DNA of 64,000 bases, taken from Octopus vulgaris (taxonomy: Eukaryota). Where the stretch lies: positions 13,330,001 to 13,394,000 of the forward strand of contig OX597823.1 of NCBI GenBank assembly GCA_951406725.2, given 5' to 3'. A program made the position numbers and the translations under genes. Below are positions 27,265 through 41,700 of the stretch, in pieces. The notes below the pieces were generated by a model. It worked only from the letters and a program-made list of their open reading frames with translations. It did no database searches and was not told the origin of the DNA. Positions within the stretch are counted from its first letter, which is position 1; every line of letters begins with the position of its first letter.

Positions 27265-27618
27265 ACGCACATAACTACGTACATACATACTGCATCCATA
27301 CACACATGCATAGATACACACATGCATACACATACGTACGTACATACATACATACATAAATACATACATACATACTCACACATACATACATACACACATA
27401 CGTACATACATAGATACATGCACACATACGTACATACATACATAAATATATACATACGTACATACATACATACACATACGTACATACATACATACACACA
27501 TACGTACATACATAAATAAATAAATACATACATTCGTACGTACATACATACATACATACATACACACACATACGTACATACATACATACATAAATACATA
27601 CATACGTACATACATACA

Positions 27619-27652
<34 letters not shown>

Positions 27653-27695
27653 CATACATACATAAATACATACGTACATACATACATACAAACAT
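27265..27695. repeat. Degenerate (CATA)n/(CGTA) microsatellite (duplicate at 38520-38950)
   Basis: Direct inspection. Confidence 0.92.
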
Positions 27696-28381
27696 ATTTA
27701 TGCATATACCTATGTATAGGTGTTTGTGTTTACAAACATATTCGTATAAAAGGGTTACGATTTTCTTTTTAGGCATACATAGTAACACGACTGCGTTCAA
27801 GTAATATCTTTTTTGAAGATAGACTTTTTATTTTTTTTTCCCAAAGATCAATTTGGAGTTCGTTTTGCTCAACAACTTTCTTAATACTGTCACCCACACC
27901 GACTAGCTCTTTTAGTAAGCACTTCGTGAACTAAGAAGAGAATGTGTTGCTTGCAAGTCAATGTAACAGTTGGTGCAATTAAGTTTACAATGCTAAGTTT
28001 ACAATTAACTGTATCATTCGCATTGATCATTTGTAGTTTGTATTCGGTTTTCCTTGCATTTGATGCTTTTCTAGCATATTACTGTTCAAATGCTGCTAAA
28101 ACTAACTTGTACACAGTATGATCACATCACAGACGTAAAGGTTACCATAGTTTCTGGTAATAAAACTATTTGTACTGTCGTCAACAAATATGAAACATAT
28201 GAAAATTATGAAATATGAAACACACACCAACAAGACTTCACATGTCAAAGATGAAACTGTGAAAGAATAAACGCGTTGATGACGAATTTAAGAATTTTAT
28301 AGCTGAGAATGCACTGTAAGGATCCCATATGGGAATAGAAAGGAAAATGCTATGAAACAAGATCATATTCATTTTCTCCAT

Positions 28382-28444
<63 letters not shown>

Positions 28445-28728
28445 ATACGACAACTAGTGGTGAATTTGGAGCCCCACGTCGTAGTGTATCATCCGATCTG
28501 TGCGTGTGTGTGCAGGAGTACATGTCTCTGTATCAAAGATTCAAATTCCTTGCTTTCAGTAATGAGAGGCATCGGTTTATTACTCGGAGAGAAAAAAATT
28601 GTAGAAAACCGCCTTGTAGCCAACATTAAACAATTGTTCGTACGATAGCCAATGCTAAGCCGAGGTTGCTTCCCCGAAATATAAACATATACTTTCGTAT
28701 GTGTGTGCGCGCGTGTGTGTGTGTTTGT

Positions 28729-28792
<64 letters not shown>

Positions 28793-29162
28793 CTATGTTT
28801 GTGTATACCTGCGTTTGTATACTTGTGTGTGTGTGTATACCTGTGTTTGTGGATATATATATATACATATATAATGATTATGTGTTAGGTGTGGGTACCA
28901 ATACATTTTCTGCTGCAGATAGAACCCTAACCCTAATTGCTTCGGTGTTTATAGACCTCCGTGTGAAGTGTCAGCCAAATTACGTTTTGCTTTTCTACCC
29001 CTTATTTGAAAGCCAGTTTTCCAAACTAGATTAACTACGCAAGAGATTATTTCTATAAACCTTGAACGTCTTAAAATGTTTTCTCCTACTGGTTTTGTCC
29101 CGACTGTAAAATAGTTTCAGAACTTGTTCAGTTGTATTCAGTAAATATAGAAGGCATATATA

Positions 29163-29654
29163 CAGGGTGGGGCAAAGAGGACGGAAGGTTTTGAAAAATT
29201 TACAGAATCATTAAGCTTAGCTGCAAACAAACGTTATTGCCATCAATGTGTTTGTATCGAATTAGCATTTGTCATAATTAAGTGTGGAAAACAACAATTA
29301 TTATGTGGTCTCCGTTTCCATTGATGTATTTCTGAAGGCGTTCTTGGAAGCTGGCCTCCACTCTCTCCAGTATTGCTCTGTCGATTTGGACGACTTCCAC
29401 GCGAATAGCTTCCCTCAAATCGCCCATTATACGGGGCTTATGCGCATACACACGTGCTTAAAGTTTCCCCACAAAATATAATCACACGTTGACAAATCAG
29501 GGGACCGAGGTGGGCAAGAAATGTCAGCAAACCTGGAAATGAGATGGTCACCGAAGAGAGGGCGAAGAATGTCTATTGAGGCCCTGACTGTGTTGTCCGC
29601 CGTCCCCTTCTGAAACATACAGTCAAATATGCATACGTTTTCGTCGTAATTCAG
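29163..29654 (-). mobile_element. Tc1/mariner element cut by the assembly gap (same insertion as 40420-41700)
   Basis: TA + CAGGGTGGGGCAAAGAGGACGG TIR; PPRSPDLSTCDYILWG. Confidence 0.88.
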
Positions 29655-29754
29655 NNNNNNNNNNNNNNNNNNNNNNNNNNNNNNNNNNNNNNNNNNNNNN
29701 NNNNNNNNNNNNNNNNNNNNNNNNNNNNNNNNNNNNNNNNNNNNNNNNNNNNNN
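29655..29754. other. Assembly gap (100 N)
   Basis: Exactly 100 Ns, the usual unknown-size scaffold gap. Confidence 0.99.
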
Positions 29755-30255
29755 GATCAAGACAACAATGGCGGCGTCGATGACGATGACGGTGACATTG
29801 AAGACGAACAACCTTTCATCGTACAGCTGATAATTTACACAGTTGTCCAAGTTATTACTGTTTTATACTTCTCTACAAAGTGACTAAGGTTGAACGTTTT
29901 ATTCTTTTTATTATAACCCCATATAACCAAAAACATTGATTCTTTTTTTCGTGCAACTGCGGACTGCAAGTATTTTTTTATGGCCACGGTATTCTAATTA
30001 ACATCAGTTTAAAAGACCATATGCACACGCACGCTCATATATACATGCTTACGCATACTAATATTTATACAGCCTGCCCTCCAATTACTTTTACAATCTG
30101 AAAAACTCAGAATAAAATATAATAACTCAGCAGGTGTCTTGCAACCAATGGAGCGGAGTTGCAAGTTCTCTGATGTTTCCAATAAAATTTTATTTGTTTG
30201 TTTATATTTCGCAATACATTCTGCTTAGTTATCCTTTCTTTTCTTGGGTTACGGT

Positions 30256-31757
30256 TGTTGTATCGATAGTACGACACCCTCTGATAGGAATAGACTGGAC
30301 CACTACATATAACTAGTAGCTGTCTGTCGTATTCGGCTGTTCGTAGTTTGGTCTGGGTGACTTAGAAGGTCTCTTTCCCAAAATTCCCAGTTTATATTTC
30401 GAGTAAATGCGTTGGTACAGTTTACATTTCGAGTAAATGCGTTGGAAATATTGCTTGTTGGTTCGTAAAAGATATTTGGTTCGCTACGTCTTGCTACTGT
30501 TGCTGTTTCTATTTTGTATTGTTTGTTATAACACTGTCATAGTGTATCCTTTATCTATCGTGGACGATATTGAATGTGTAAGGATATAACACCTGGCAAC
30601 GAGGATTTTTCGAAGCTCACGTAGGTTATTTGACAATTTGTGCGTCATACAAATTGTTAAGTTATGGAGAACCTATTAGCTGCAGTAATACAGCTTCAAG
30701 AGAAACAACAGGAACAACTACAGGAGCTGCAGAGGCAAATATTACAACAGCAACAACAATAGTTAATTGAGTTACAGTCAAGGAAGTTCGAAAATTCGGT
30801 AAGTTTGTATACACCAGATGGCGTGGCGAACTCGGTTTCTGAATTTACTTATAATCCGGAGTTGGCTATTACGTTTCCTGCGTACAATAGAAGGAACGAG
30901 GAAATTGTTAACAAATATTGAAAGCCATGGTGGGATGAAGAGGAAGTGAGGCTATTATTGCGCAAGGAGCTCCGGCCGAGCATGAACGCTACTGTAACTT
31001 TATACTGTCCAAAAAGTCGAGTGAGATGTGTTTCCAAGAAACTATTGAGTTACTCTCAAAGTTCTTTTGTGACAAAATTTCGTTATTTAACACTCGAATG
31101 GAGTGTTGGAACTTAAGGAAAAATGTCGATGATGATTTATTACATACGCCAGAGTAGTCAGCTCTATGTGTGAAAACTTTAAAATTCAGGATATGATTAT
31201 ATCTCTTATCTTCGTACAAAGCCTTACGGCAACCGGAGATTGGGAATTTCGAGCAAAGATTCTCTCAAAAATGGAGCAAGTGAACAAGGACGTAACCCTA
31301 CAGACCATTGCAGAAGAATGTCAAACAATGGTAAACCTGAAGCGCAACGTGAAACATATTCAAGAGAAAGATTACGCAAACAAAAGGGTCAATCCGGAAA
31401 GAACAACCAGAAAAGAGTGCCAGGCCCCAATCCATGTTACGGATGTGGGGGCCTACACTTCAGAAAAGAGTGTCGGTTTAAAAACCGAAAATGTTATAAT
31501 TGTCAAAAAATTGGTCACAAGAGCACACACTGCAGGACAACATTACGAGGGTCGAACTTAAAAAGTTCTAAGGTGTTTTCAGCAGAAAGTGAATATAGGC
31601 GCAGGAGCGGCTGTGTGGTAAGTAGCTTGTTTACCAACCACATGGTTCCGGGTTCAGTCCCACTGTGTGGCACATAGGGCAAGTGTTTTCCGCTGCAGCC
31701 TCGGGCCAACCAAAGCCTTGTGAGTGGATTTGGGAGACGGAAACTGAAAGAAGCCTG

Positions 31758-31819
<62 letters not shown>

Positions 31820-32413
31820 TTGTATATATGTGTGTCTGTGTTTGTCTCTCTCCAACATCGCTTGACAACCGATGGTGGTGTGCTTACGTCCCCCTAACTT
31901 AGCGGTTCGGCAAAAGAGGCCGATAGAATAAGTACTAGGCTTCCAAAGGACAAGTCCTGGGGTCGATTTGCTCGACTCAAGGCGGTACTCCAGCATGGCC
32001 ACAGTCAAATGACTGAAGCAAGTAAAAGAGTAAAAGAGTAAGATACAAAAACAAGAAAACTCGTACACGTAAAATGAATGGTGCAAACATTAAACTACAG
32101 TTGGATACGGGTAGTAATATTTCAATCATAAATGCGGATATATGGAGAAAAATGGGGAAACCGAGGTTTCATAACACAGCGATAATTGCGCGCGGTTTGA
32201 CGGGCGATAAACTACATCTCATGGGCGAAATGTGTACAGACATTTATAGGCGCAAGAGTGGCTGTGTGGTAAGTAGCTTGCTTACCAACCACATGGTCCC
32301 GGGTTCGGTCCCACTGCGTGGCACCTTGGGCAAGTGTCTTCTACTATAGCCTCGGAACGACCAAAGCCTTGTGAGTGGATTTGGTATACGGAAACTGAAA
32401 GAAGCCCGTCGTA

Positions 32414-32457
<44 letters not shown>

Positions 32458-34166
32458 TGTGTGTGTTTGTGTGCCCGAGTTTGTCCTCCTAGCATTGCTT
32501 GACAATCTATGCTGGTGTGTTTATGTCCCTGTTTCTTAGCGGTTCGGCAAAAGAGACCGATAGAATAAGTACTGGGCTTGCAAAAGAATAAGTCCCGGGG
32601 TCGAGTTGCTCGATTAAAGGCGGTGCTCCAGCATGGCCGCAGTCAAATGACTGAAACAAGTAAAAGAGTAAAAGAGTAAAAGAGACGTCACATATCGAGG
32701 AGAAACACGCGAAGCAAAATTATTCACTGTGGAGAATAGAATCAATCTGTTTGTTACAGATGGGTTGGACTTATTAGACTTATGGAACCTCGCCATAAGT
32801 CTCTACTACAAAAAACATAAATGTGTGTCCCGTTAAAAATAAATCGTATGAGGAATTGAAAGGAAAATTGAAAAAGATGTTTCCTCAAGTACTATCGGAG
32901 GACTTAGGTCTAAGTAAAAAGACTGATGCCTGCTTTTAAGTAAGTGAAAACGCTGTGCTTGTATTTAAGTTTAACAGAAAAGTACCATTCGCGGCAACTG
33001 AAGTGTTGGACAGACTAGAAAAGGGTGGAATCATCAAAACGGTGGACACCTCTAAGTGGGAGGCACCCACGGTGTGCATTAAAAAGAAAAATAATAATAT
33101 TAGGCTGTGTGCAGATTTCTTTACAAGATTGAACGACTGCTTAAAGACATGCCATCATCTACTCCCGACTCCAGAGGACATTTTCGTAAAATCAAATGAC
33201 GGAAAAATTTTCTCCAAATTGAATCTGTCTGACGCTTCTTTACAGATTAAAGGAAATGACAAATGCTCAAAGTATCTGATAATAAATACACATAGAGGAT
33301 TGTAAAAATACACCCGGTTAACATTTGGATTAAAAGTTGCACCGGCAATATTTCAGCAAATCATGGAGGCTATGTCATCTGATTGTGAATTTGCAATCAG
33401 TTATTTGGACGATATATTGATTAAGATTAATTCGCGTGAATATCATGTGGAAAATATAAAAGCGGTGTTAAAGAAAAATCAAGAGTACGGGATCACTCTG
33501 AGTGAAGAAAAATGCAAATTGTTTTTGCCTCAATTTAGATACTTAGAACAAATAATTGACAAAAATGGTAGACGGCCCGATCCGCCAAGGGCAGACACAA
33601 TAAAGAATATGCCTGCTCTGAGAAATATACCAACATTACCAGCGAATCTTGGGCTACCAAAACTACATTCCTAATATGCACACATTAAGAGCTCCATTGA
33701 ATGACTTATTAAAATAGGAAGTAAATCTGAACTGGTTGGTTAAAAGCCAAAACGCGTTTTAAAAATCTGACAAAATTCTAATCGCAGATTTTCTCTAGCG
33801 GATTTCGATTCTGAAATTAACATTCTTGTAGCGTCTGATGCTTCGGAGTATGGAATAGGAGGAGTGTTGCTACACAAGTATAAAGATGGAAGTACGTAAC
33901 CAGTTTCGCGCTCACTGATAGCGGCAAAGAAAAATCTGAATCAGATAGAAAAAGAAGCCCTATCTATTATCTTCGCTGTAAAAACATTTCACAGGTTTCT
34001 ACATGGTAAAAGTTTTCTGTTACAAACAGAACATCGACTATTTGCTATCAATTTATGGGTCAAAGTAAGGGCTGCCTACTCATACTGCGAACCGACTACA
34101 AATTTGTGATATAATATTACTAACTTACAATTTTCAAAATGCAGTAAATTCCATCGAAAAAAATTT
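30256..34166 (+). mobile_element. Duplicate of the Gypsy relic (LTR 30256-30591; SINE A inserts at 31595-32040 and 32246-32684)
   Basis: Same motifs as 19009-22910. Confidence 0.92.
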
Positions 34167-34630
34167 GAGTATCTTCAGAATCAATGCAACGTAGAGTATC
34201 AAGACAGACTTCACTACCATCAAGAAATTTTGTTCTTAATGATTTATACATGATTAACCACCATATTTCAAATCGTTTAAGTAATACCAGTCTCCCATTA
34301 ACAGGAAGTTACATCTATCTTCCAAAGTGAAAAGGTTCTGCATAGAATTTTATTGTACGTAAATATAGACAGCCGTACAGAACATAAGATTGACATCATA
34401 TTATACTCCATGGCAAGAAAAGAAAATGAACTTATCACTCATATAGTAGTGACAAAGGATTTTATTTACGTACATTTATTGAATAGCTACATGAATGTAG
34501 CTACTATAAATATTATTAGAGTATTCTCACTCAGCATTTTAAAACAGAATGCAGTTCTGCTTACCTCGAAAAACTTACGCATGCTCACCGAAATACAGCG
34601 AATTTTTTTCCTCTAAGAAAGGATAATGAT

Positions 34631-34698
<68 letters not shown>

Positions 34699-34702
34699 TA
34701 AC

Positions 34703-35995
34703 GACTCTGACATAGAAAGGTTATATATACAACGTATAGAAGGCGGTAGAAGTCTTATACAGCTGGAAAACTATTATAAAATAACCACCACAGGACTGCA
34801 AAAATACCTACTTCAGAAGCAAGGAAAACTAATACAAATAGCGGCAAAACACGAGCAAATCAAAAAACTGTAATTAATGAAGCTGAAAATACAAACAAGA
34901 TATCATACTACCTAAAAAATATGAAGGAGAAGAAGGGGAAGAAGAGGAAGAAGACGAAGAAGAAGAAGTAGAAGAAGAAGAAGAAGAAGAAGAAGAAGAA
35001 GAAGAAGAAGAAGAAGAAGAAGAAGAAGAAGAAGAAGAAGAAGAAGAAGAAGAAGAAGAAGAAGAAGAAGAAGAAGAAGAAGAAGAAGAAGAAGAAGAAG
35101 CTATAAAACAAATGAAATCCGAACTAAAACTAGAACAGCAACGAACCATGATAAAACGATGGCAAGAAAAGCCCCTTTCATGGCATATACTGGACTAAAC
35201 TAGAATACAAACAAAAAAACAATAGACGGAGAAAAATCCCAGCAATGATTGAGAAGCTCAGGACACAAAACAGATGCTGAGGGATTTTTAATTGCAGCAC
35301 AAGACCAAAGCCTCCCCATCAGAAATTACCAAAATATATAATGAAAAGAAATATTACAAGTAACTGCAGAATATGTGGAGATGGACAAGAATCAATAAAT
35401 CATATTATCTCTAGCTGCCCAGTCCTGCCTAAGAAGGAATATATTCACAGCGTACATACACTGGAAGCTATGCCAACACTATGGAATAACAATAGAAAAA
35501 AGATGGCATAGGCACACGCCAGAAAAGGTTACAGAAAACGAGAAAGTAACCATACTCAGGGATATGCCAATACACACAGGCCAGATATATTTGTCAGAGA
35601 TCATGAAGAAAAATTGCTTTCTAATTGATGTATCAATACCAGCAGATGACAAAGTTTCTCTAAAAGAAATGGAGAAATTTTCTAAATAAAAAGACCTCGA
35701 AATAGAGGTAACTCGAATGTGGAAGCTAAAAACAGAAACAATTCCTATCATAGTGGGCGCATTTGGTATGATAAAAAAATATTCAGACAAATGCATAACA
35801 AAAACATCAGGACTTACAAACACATATAAATAAAGAAAGTTGTACGACTGTGCACTGCATATATCCTACGCAAAACACTTTCAATGCAGTAACCATAAGA
35901 GCATCACAACAAATCACAGCGCATACCCAAGGTACACAGAGCTGCTCTCGGTAATGAAGTGAAAGCACGATATAAAAATAAAACTACTGAATAAG
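34703..35995 (+). mobile_element. Duplicate of the Dong/R4-type LINE fragment
   Basis: Same as 23455-24740, with a slightly longer (GAA)n. Confidence 0.88.
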
Positions 35996-36016
35996 ACTAA
36001 TAACAATAGTAATAAC

Positions 36017-36084
<68 letters not shown>

Positions 36085-36106
36085 CAGCAACAACAACAAC
36101 AACAAC

Positions 36107-36149
<43 letters not shown>

Positions 36150-38873
36150 CCACAGAAGCAACAACATGGGTCTCATGAGCCAGAAGGTGTAACTGAGAAC
36201 AATTAATAGAAGGTTTTGTGTGATTTTACAATCTAATGTGATTCCAAACATCAGTTAGAGAATTGATGTTCGGAGACCAGACGTTTTTGTTGTTGATGAA
36301 AGGAAAAACGGAAACGAAGATCATAGATATTGTCATACCTGTAGGTGCACGCATAAGCTACAAACAGATGCAAAAGGTGGAAAAATACAAATTACTAAAA
36401 GACGAAATAGCACGAATGTGGAAAATGCGTGAGTAAGGACGGATCTTCCTTGACCTCGATATCCATATCTATTTTCGGAATGTAGCCATCTATCATTCGA
36501 ACATGTCTTACCCATCTGCACTGTATTCTCAGCAGCATGCCTTTGATAATTGACATATCACATATCTCTCAAATTCTGACATTTGATATCTTATCTTGCC
36601 ATTTTATGATTTACATACAAAAGGTTTCAAGAAAATGTTTTATATGTCTGTCGTAGGCAGTTCATACTTCTGTTCCATACAAAAGTGCTTATTTAGTTCT
36701 CAGACTGACCCCGTGATAATCCCATAAATGATGGGAAAGTTTTCCAAAAAGCACCTGTAGCCTTAGATATGCCGACGTTCATTAGGAGTTCTCTTAAAGT
36801 TTAATGAACTTCCAAGCTATCTAAATGACCCGACCCATTTGAGTCAAGCCTCACATTTGAATTTTGAGTATGTTTTGCCCCAAGCTTTGGTTACAATAAA
36901 ACTTCAGTCTTATTGATGCTGAACACATGAGCAAATGCACAAGCACAAGCATGAAGGTGTACAATTCATGTTTCGCACAGAAGGCCTACTAAACCTAAAA
37001 AGCCTCACTTTGAGATCAAAGGAAAAGTTCACGGAAAGATCCAACGTGATTTTCTGCTTGCTGATAATTGCGCTGTGAATTTTAATACATCTGAGGAGCG
37101 AAAGTCTGAGAAATGGAATTAACGGCAGGAAGACACCCTTTTGGTGAAGTAAAAATTGCTCTGGGTATTTCCAAGGTAATAATAGTACTACTGTGGGAAA
37201 ATCTACAAGAAATTTGGATTTGAACACAGGGTAAAGTAGTATGACCACAAAGCAAAATAGGTTATAGACTGTGATCGCAAAGCCTATTACGGGACATGAA
37301 AAATCAAACTGTTAAGCAAATAGAACTCACGCCTAAATACTATCCTGCTCAATTAAAAGGAAATAAAGTGCTGGTAAATAATGTGCTGCTGGCCGGTTTG
37401 ATGGAAAACCCCTGGATATAAAATACCACCTTCAGAGAATTTGTAATTGCCGTTCCAATTTCATGACCTTAATTTTAGTAGGAGCCTTAGAAAGAGAGAG
37501 ATAAACGATAGATTGATAATTTGGGACGGATTTAATTAGCACATTGAGTGGACAATTTAAAGTTTCTAGTTTTTGTTTGAGAATAAAGAGTAAAGATAGA
37601 AATGGTTCTCCCTTTTGACTGAGTAGTTGTTCATCCAACTAGATATATCATCCAAATTATCTCATTTTAACAAGTCGGTGTTTTTTCCGTCCGTCTGTGC
37701 TGATTTTAAACCCATTGAAAACAATTCTGCCTTTCATTCTTTCGGTATCAATAACAAAGAATATTTTAACCACTACAGAATATTGGTGGTGTTACATGTT
37801 TTGCACCATGTGACCTGAGTTTTTATGTTCTAACAACAGAGACTGCAACGGCACCGGTTTAAAGCTGTCTTAGCCGAGGTCAGCGGTTTTTGCTCTTTAA
37901 TAAACATCACTGGCATGGAGAAGGAAGACTTTCAAGGAAGGCAATTATTAGTCTTTCTCAAAAAATCTTGTTCAGGCCTATACATATATGTGCAGACGCA
38001 TGAACAACGGAGGTCATGCATATCCCCTCAAAATACACATAACCATCTTATATAAACGGGAAAGACTTAGTGTAATTCTAGATAGAGTCTCATATAAAAA
38101 GCAAAAATAATCACAACTGTGATGTCTTTCATCTTAGGTCCCCCGATCACAGATGAGCCGGGTTGAAAAAAAAAATGAATCAGAGTATTACTATGGTATG
38201 TTCGCTTATAACACGATTGCTAACAGTGTCATTAAATATATTGAAACTTGGATATTTTCTGTTTCTTCCAAATGTGTAATCCTCGTGCAAAGTTACAAAC
38301 CGTTGTTATTCTTTCATTTTTTTTTTTATTCTTTTATTGCTTTCAGTCATTAGACGGCTGCCATGTTGCTACATTATCTCCGTTCTTTTGTAGCCACTCA
38401 TATTGACATCAGACTGTTACTTATGTTATCGACCTGTATTTATCGAACAGTTATGTTACCTTTTGATGTAAGCCGACGCAAATCGATAAATCGTTTCACA
38501 ACTGCGTATATATATATGTACGCACATAACTACGTACATACATACTGCATCCATACACACATGCATAGATACACACATGCATACACATACGTACGTACAT
38601 ACATACATACATAAATACATACATACATACTCACACATACATACATACACACATACGTACATACATAGATACATGCACACATACGTACATACATACATAA
38701 ATATATACATACGTACATACATACATACACATACGTACATACATACATACACACATACGTACATACATAAATAAATAAATACATACATTCGTACGTACAT
38801 ACATACATACATACATACACACACATACGTACATACATACATACATAAATACATACATACGTACATACATACA

Positions 38874-38907
<34 letters not shown>

Positions 38908-39635
38908 CATACATACATAAATACATACGTACATACATACATACAAACATATTTATGCATATACCTATGTATAGGTGTTTGTGTTTACAAACATATTCGT
39001 ATAAAAGGGTTACGATTTTCTTTTTAGGCATACATAGTAACACGACTGCGTTCAAGTAATATCTTTTTTGAAGATAGACTTTTTATTTTTTTTCCCAAAG
39101 ATCAATTTGGAGTTCGTTTTGCTCAACAACTTTCTTAATACTGTCACCCACACCGACTAGCTCTTTTAGTAAGCACTTCGTGAACTAAGAAGAGAATGTG
39201 TTGCTTGCAAGTCAATGTAACAGTTGGTGCAATTAAGTTTACAATGCTAAGTTTACAATTAACTGTATCATTCGCATTGATCATTTGTAGTTTGTATTCG
39301 GTTTTCCTTGCATTTGATGCTTTTCTAGCATATTACTGTTCAAATGCTGCTAAAACTAACTTGTACACAGTATGATCACATCACAGACGTAAAGGTTACC
39401 ATAGTTTCTGGTAATAAAACTATTTGTACTGTCGTCAACAAATATGAAACATATGAAAATTATGAAATATGAAACACACACCAACAAGACTTCACATGTC
39501 AAAGATGAAACTGTGAAAGAATAAACGCGTTGATGACGAATTTAAGAATTTTATAGCTGAGAATGCACTGTAAGGATCCCATATGGGAATAGAAAGGAAA
39601 ATGCTATGAAACAAGATCATATTCATTTTCTCCAT

Positions 39636-39701
<66 letters not shown>

Positions 39702-39984
39702 TACGACAACTAGTGGTGAATTTGGAGCCCCACGTCGTAGTGTATCATCCGATCTGTGCGTGTGTGTGCAGGAGTACATGTCTCTGTATCAAAGATTCAA
39801 ATTCCTTGCTTTCAGTAATGAGAGGCATCGGTTTATTACTCGGAGAGAAAAAAATTGTAGAAAACCGCCTTGTAGCCAACATTAAACAATTGTTCGTACG
39901 ATAGCCAATGCTAAGCCGAGGTTGCTTCCCCGAAATATAAACATATACTTTCGTATGTGTGTGCGCGCGTGTGTGTGTGTTTGT

Positions 39985-40048
<64 letters not shown>

Positions 40049-40419
40049 CTATGTTTGTGTATACCTGCGTTTGTATACTTGTGTGTGTGTGTATACCTGT
40101 GTTTGTGGATATATATATATACATATATAATGATTATGTGTTAGGGTGTGGGTACCAATACATTTTCTGCTGCAGATAGAACCCTAACCCTAATTGCTTC
40201 GGTGTTTATAGACCTCCGTGTGAAGTGTCAGCCAAATTACGTTTTGCTTTTCTACCCCTTATTTGAAAGCCAGTTTTCCAAACTAGATTAACTACGCAAG
40301 AGATTATTTCTATAAACCTTGAACGTCTTAAAATGTTTTCTCCTACTGGTTTTGTCCCGACTGTAAAATAGTTTCAGAACTTGTTCAGTTGTATTCAGTA
40401 AATATAGAAGGCATATATA

Positions 40420-41700
40420 CAGGGTGGGGCAAAGAGGACGGAAGGTTTTGAAAAATTCAGAGAATCATTAAGCTTAGCTGCAAACAAATTTCATTGGCAT
40501 CAATGTGTTTGTATCGAATTAGCATTTGTCATAATTAAGTGTGGAAAACAACAATTATTATGTGGTCTCCGTTTCCATTGATGTATTTCTGAAGGCGTTC
40601 TTGGAAGCTGGCCTCCACTCTCTCCAGTATTGCTCTGTCGATTTGGACGACTTCCACGCGAATAGCTTCCCTCAAATCGCCCATTATACGGGGCTTATGC
40701 GCATACACACGTGCTTAAAGTTTCCCCACAAAATATAATCACACGTTGACAAATCAGGGGACCGAGGTGGGCAAGAAATGTCAGCAAACCTGGAAATGAG
40801 ATGGTCACCGAAGAGAGGGCGAAGAATGTCTATTGAGGCCCTGACTGTGTTGTCCGCCGTCCCCTTCTGAAACATACAGTCAAATATGCATACGTTTTCG
40901 TCGTAATTCAGGCAGAAAGACGTTATTTATCATCTCGATGTAAAGCTCGGAGTTCACAGTAACAGCATTTCCATTATTGTCTAGAAAATAGTAAGGACCA
41001 CCGACGGCAGCTTTTCTAAAAGCACACCAGACCGTTACTTTTAGGTTGTGAAGTGGTTTTTTCAAAAGCCCAATTATGACAGTTCTGCTGATTCACCATG
41101 CCACTGAGTTGAAAATGGGCTTCATTTGCCTCAAAAATTGCTTCCATCTGATGTGAGAAGTTAAGCCGCTGTTCATAGTCCCTTGATTTCAACTGTTGCC
41201 TAATGATCAATTTGTATGGTTGGAAATACAGGTCTTCGTGCAAAATACGTCTTACCGATCGATTACCAATACCAAGTTCAGTGGAATGCCTCTCAGAAAA
41301 GTGATTCGGACTCAAATCTTGTCTGACGCATTCCACATCTTCTGGGGTCTGTACCGTTCGTGGCGCCCCCACCGCTCTCCTATTTATTAGTGTACCTCGA
41401 GTACGAAGTGCATTCACCCAACATAATATTGTGTTACGAAGGCAAACAGCCTAATTTCGCTGAATGTTGAAGTGACGTCGAAATTCACGCTGAACCGCTG
41501 TGACAGATTCGTTATTCTTCATGTAACTTCCGTAGTCAATCATGCGAGGCTCTATCGTCCGCAGCGCCATGTCTTCAGCTAAAAAGAAAGCGAAATGCTA
41601 AGACACCGCGGACCGAATGGTACCTGTCGGACATATGACACTCCCTCTGGAACTGAGTAAAAGCCATTTCAAAAACGTCCGTCCTCTCTCTCCCACCCTG
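40420..41700 (-). mobile_element. Near-full-length Tc1/mariner element (rosa/DD41D-like) with pseudogenised transposase (ATG at 41570)
   Basis: TA-flanked TIRs CAGGGTGGG...CCCACCCTG. Motifs SVTAVQREFRRHF, RILHEDLYFQPYK, EAHFQLSGMVNQQN, KVTVWCA, GPYYF, PPRSPDLSTCDYILWG. Frameshifts and stops. Confidence 0.9.

Larger units (their letters stand above)
18508..29654 (+). repeat. Copy 1 of an ~11.15 kb direct duplication abutting the gap
   Basis: Colinear and nearly identical to 29755-40911. Confidence 0.97.
29755..40911 (+). repeat. Copy 2 of the ~11.15 kb duplication
   Basis: Begins GATCAAGACAAC (=18508) and matches through TCGTAATTCAG (=29654), then continues into the rest of the transposon. 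Confidence 0.97.

Noticed and set aside
28923-28935. Telomeric repeat ACCCTAACCCTAA
   Set aside because: Only two units; not an array.
18508-40911. Genuine biological tandem duplication
   Set aside because: Both breakpoints coincide with contig ends at a 100-N gap; an artefact is more parsimonious pending read data.
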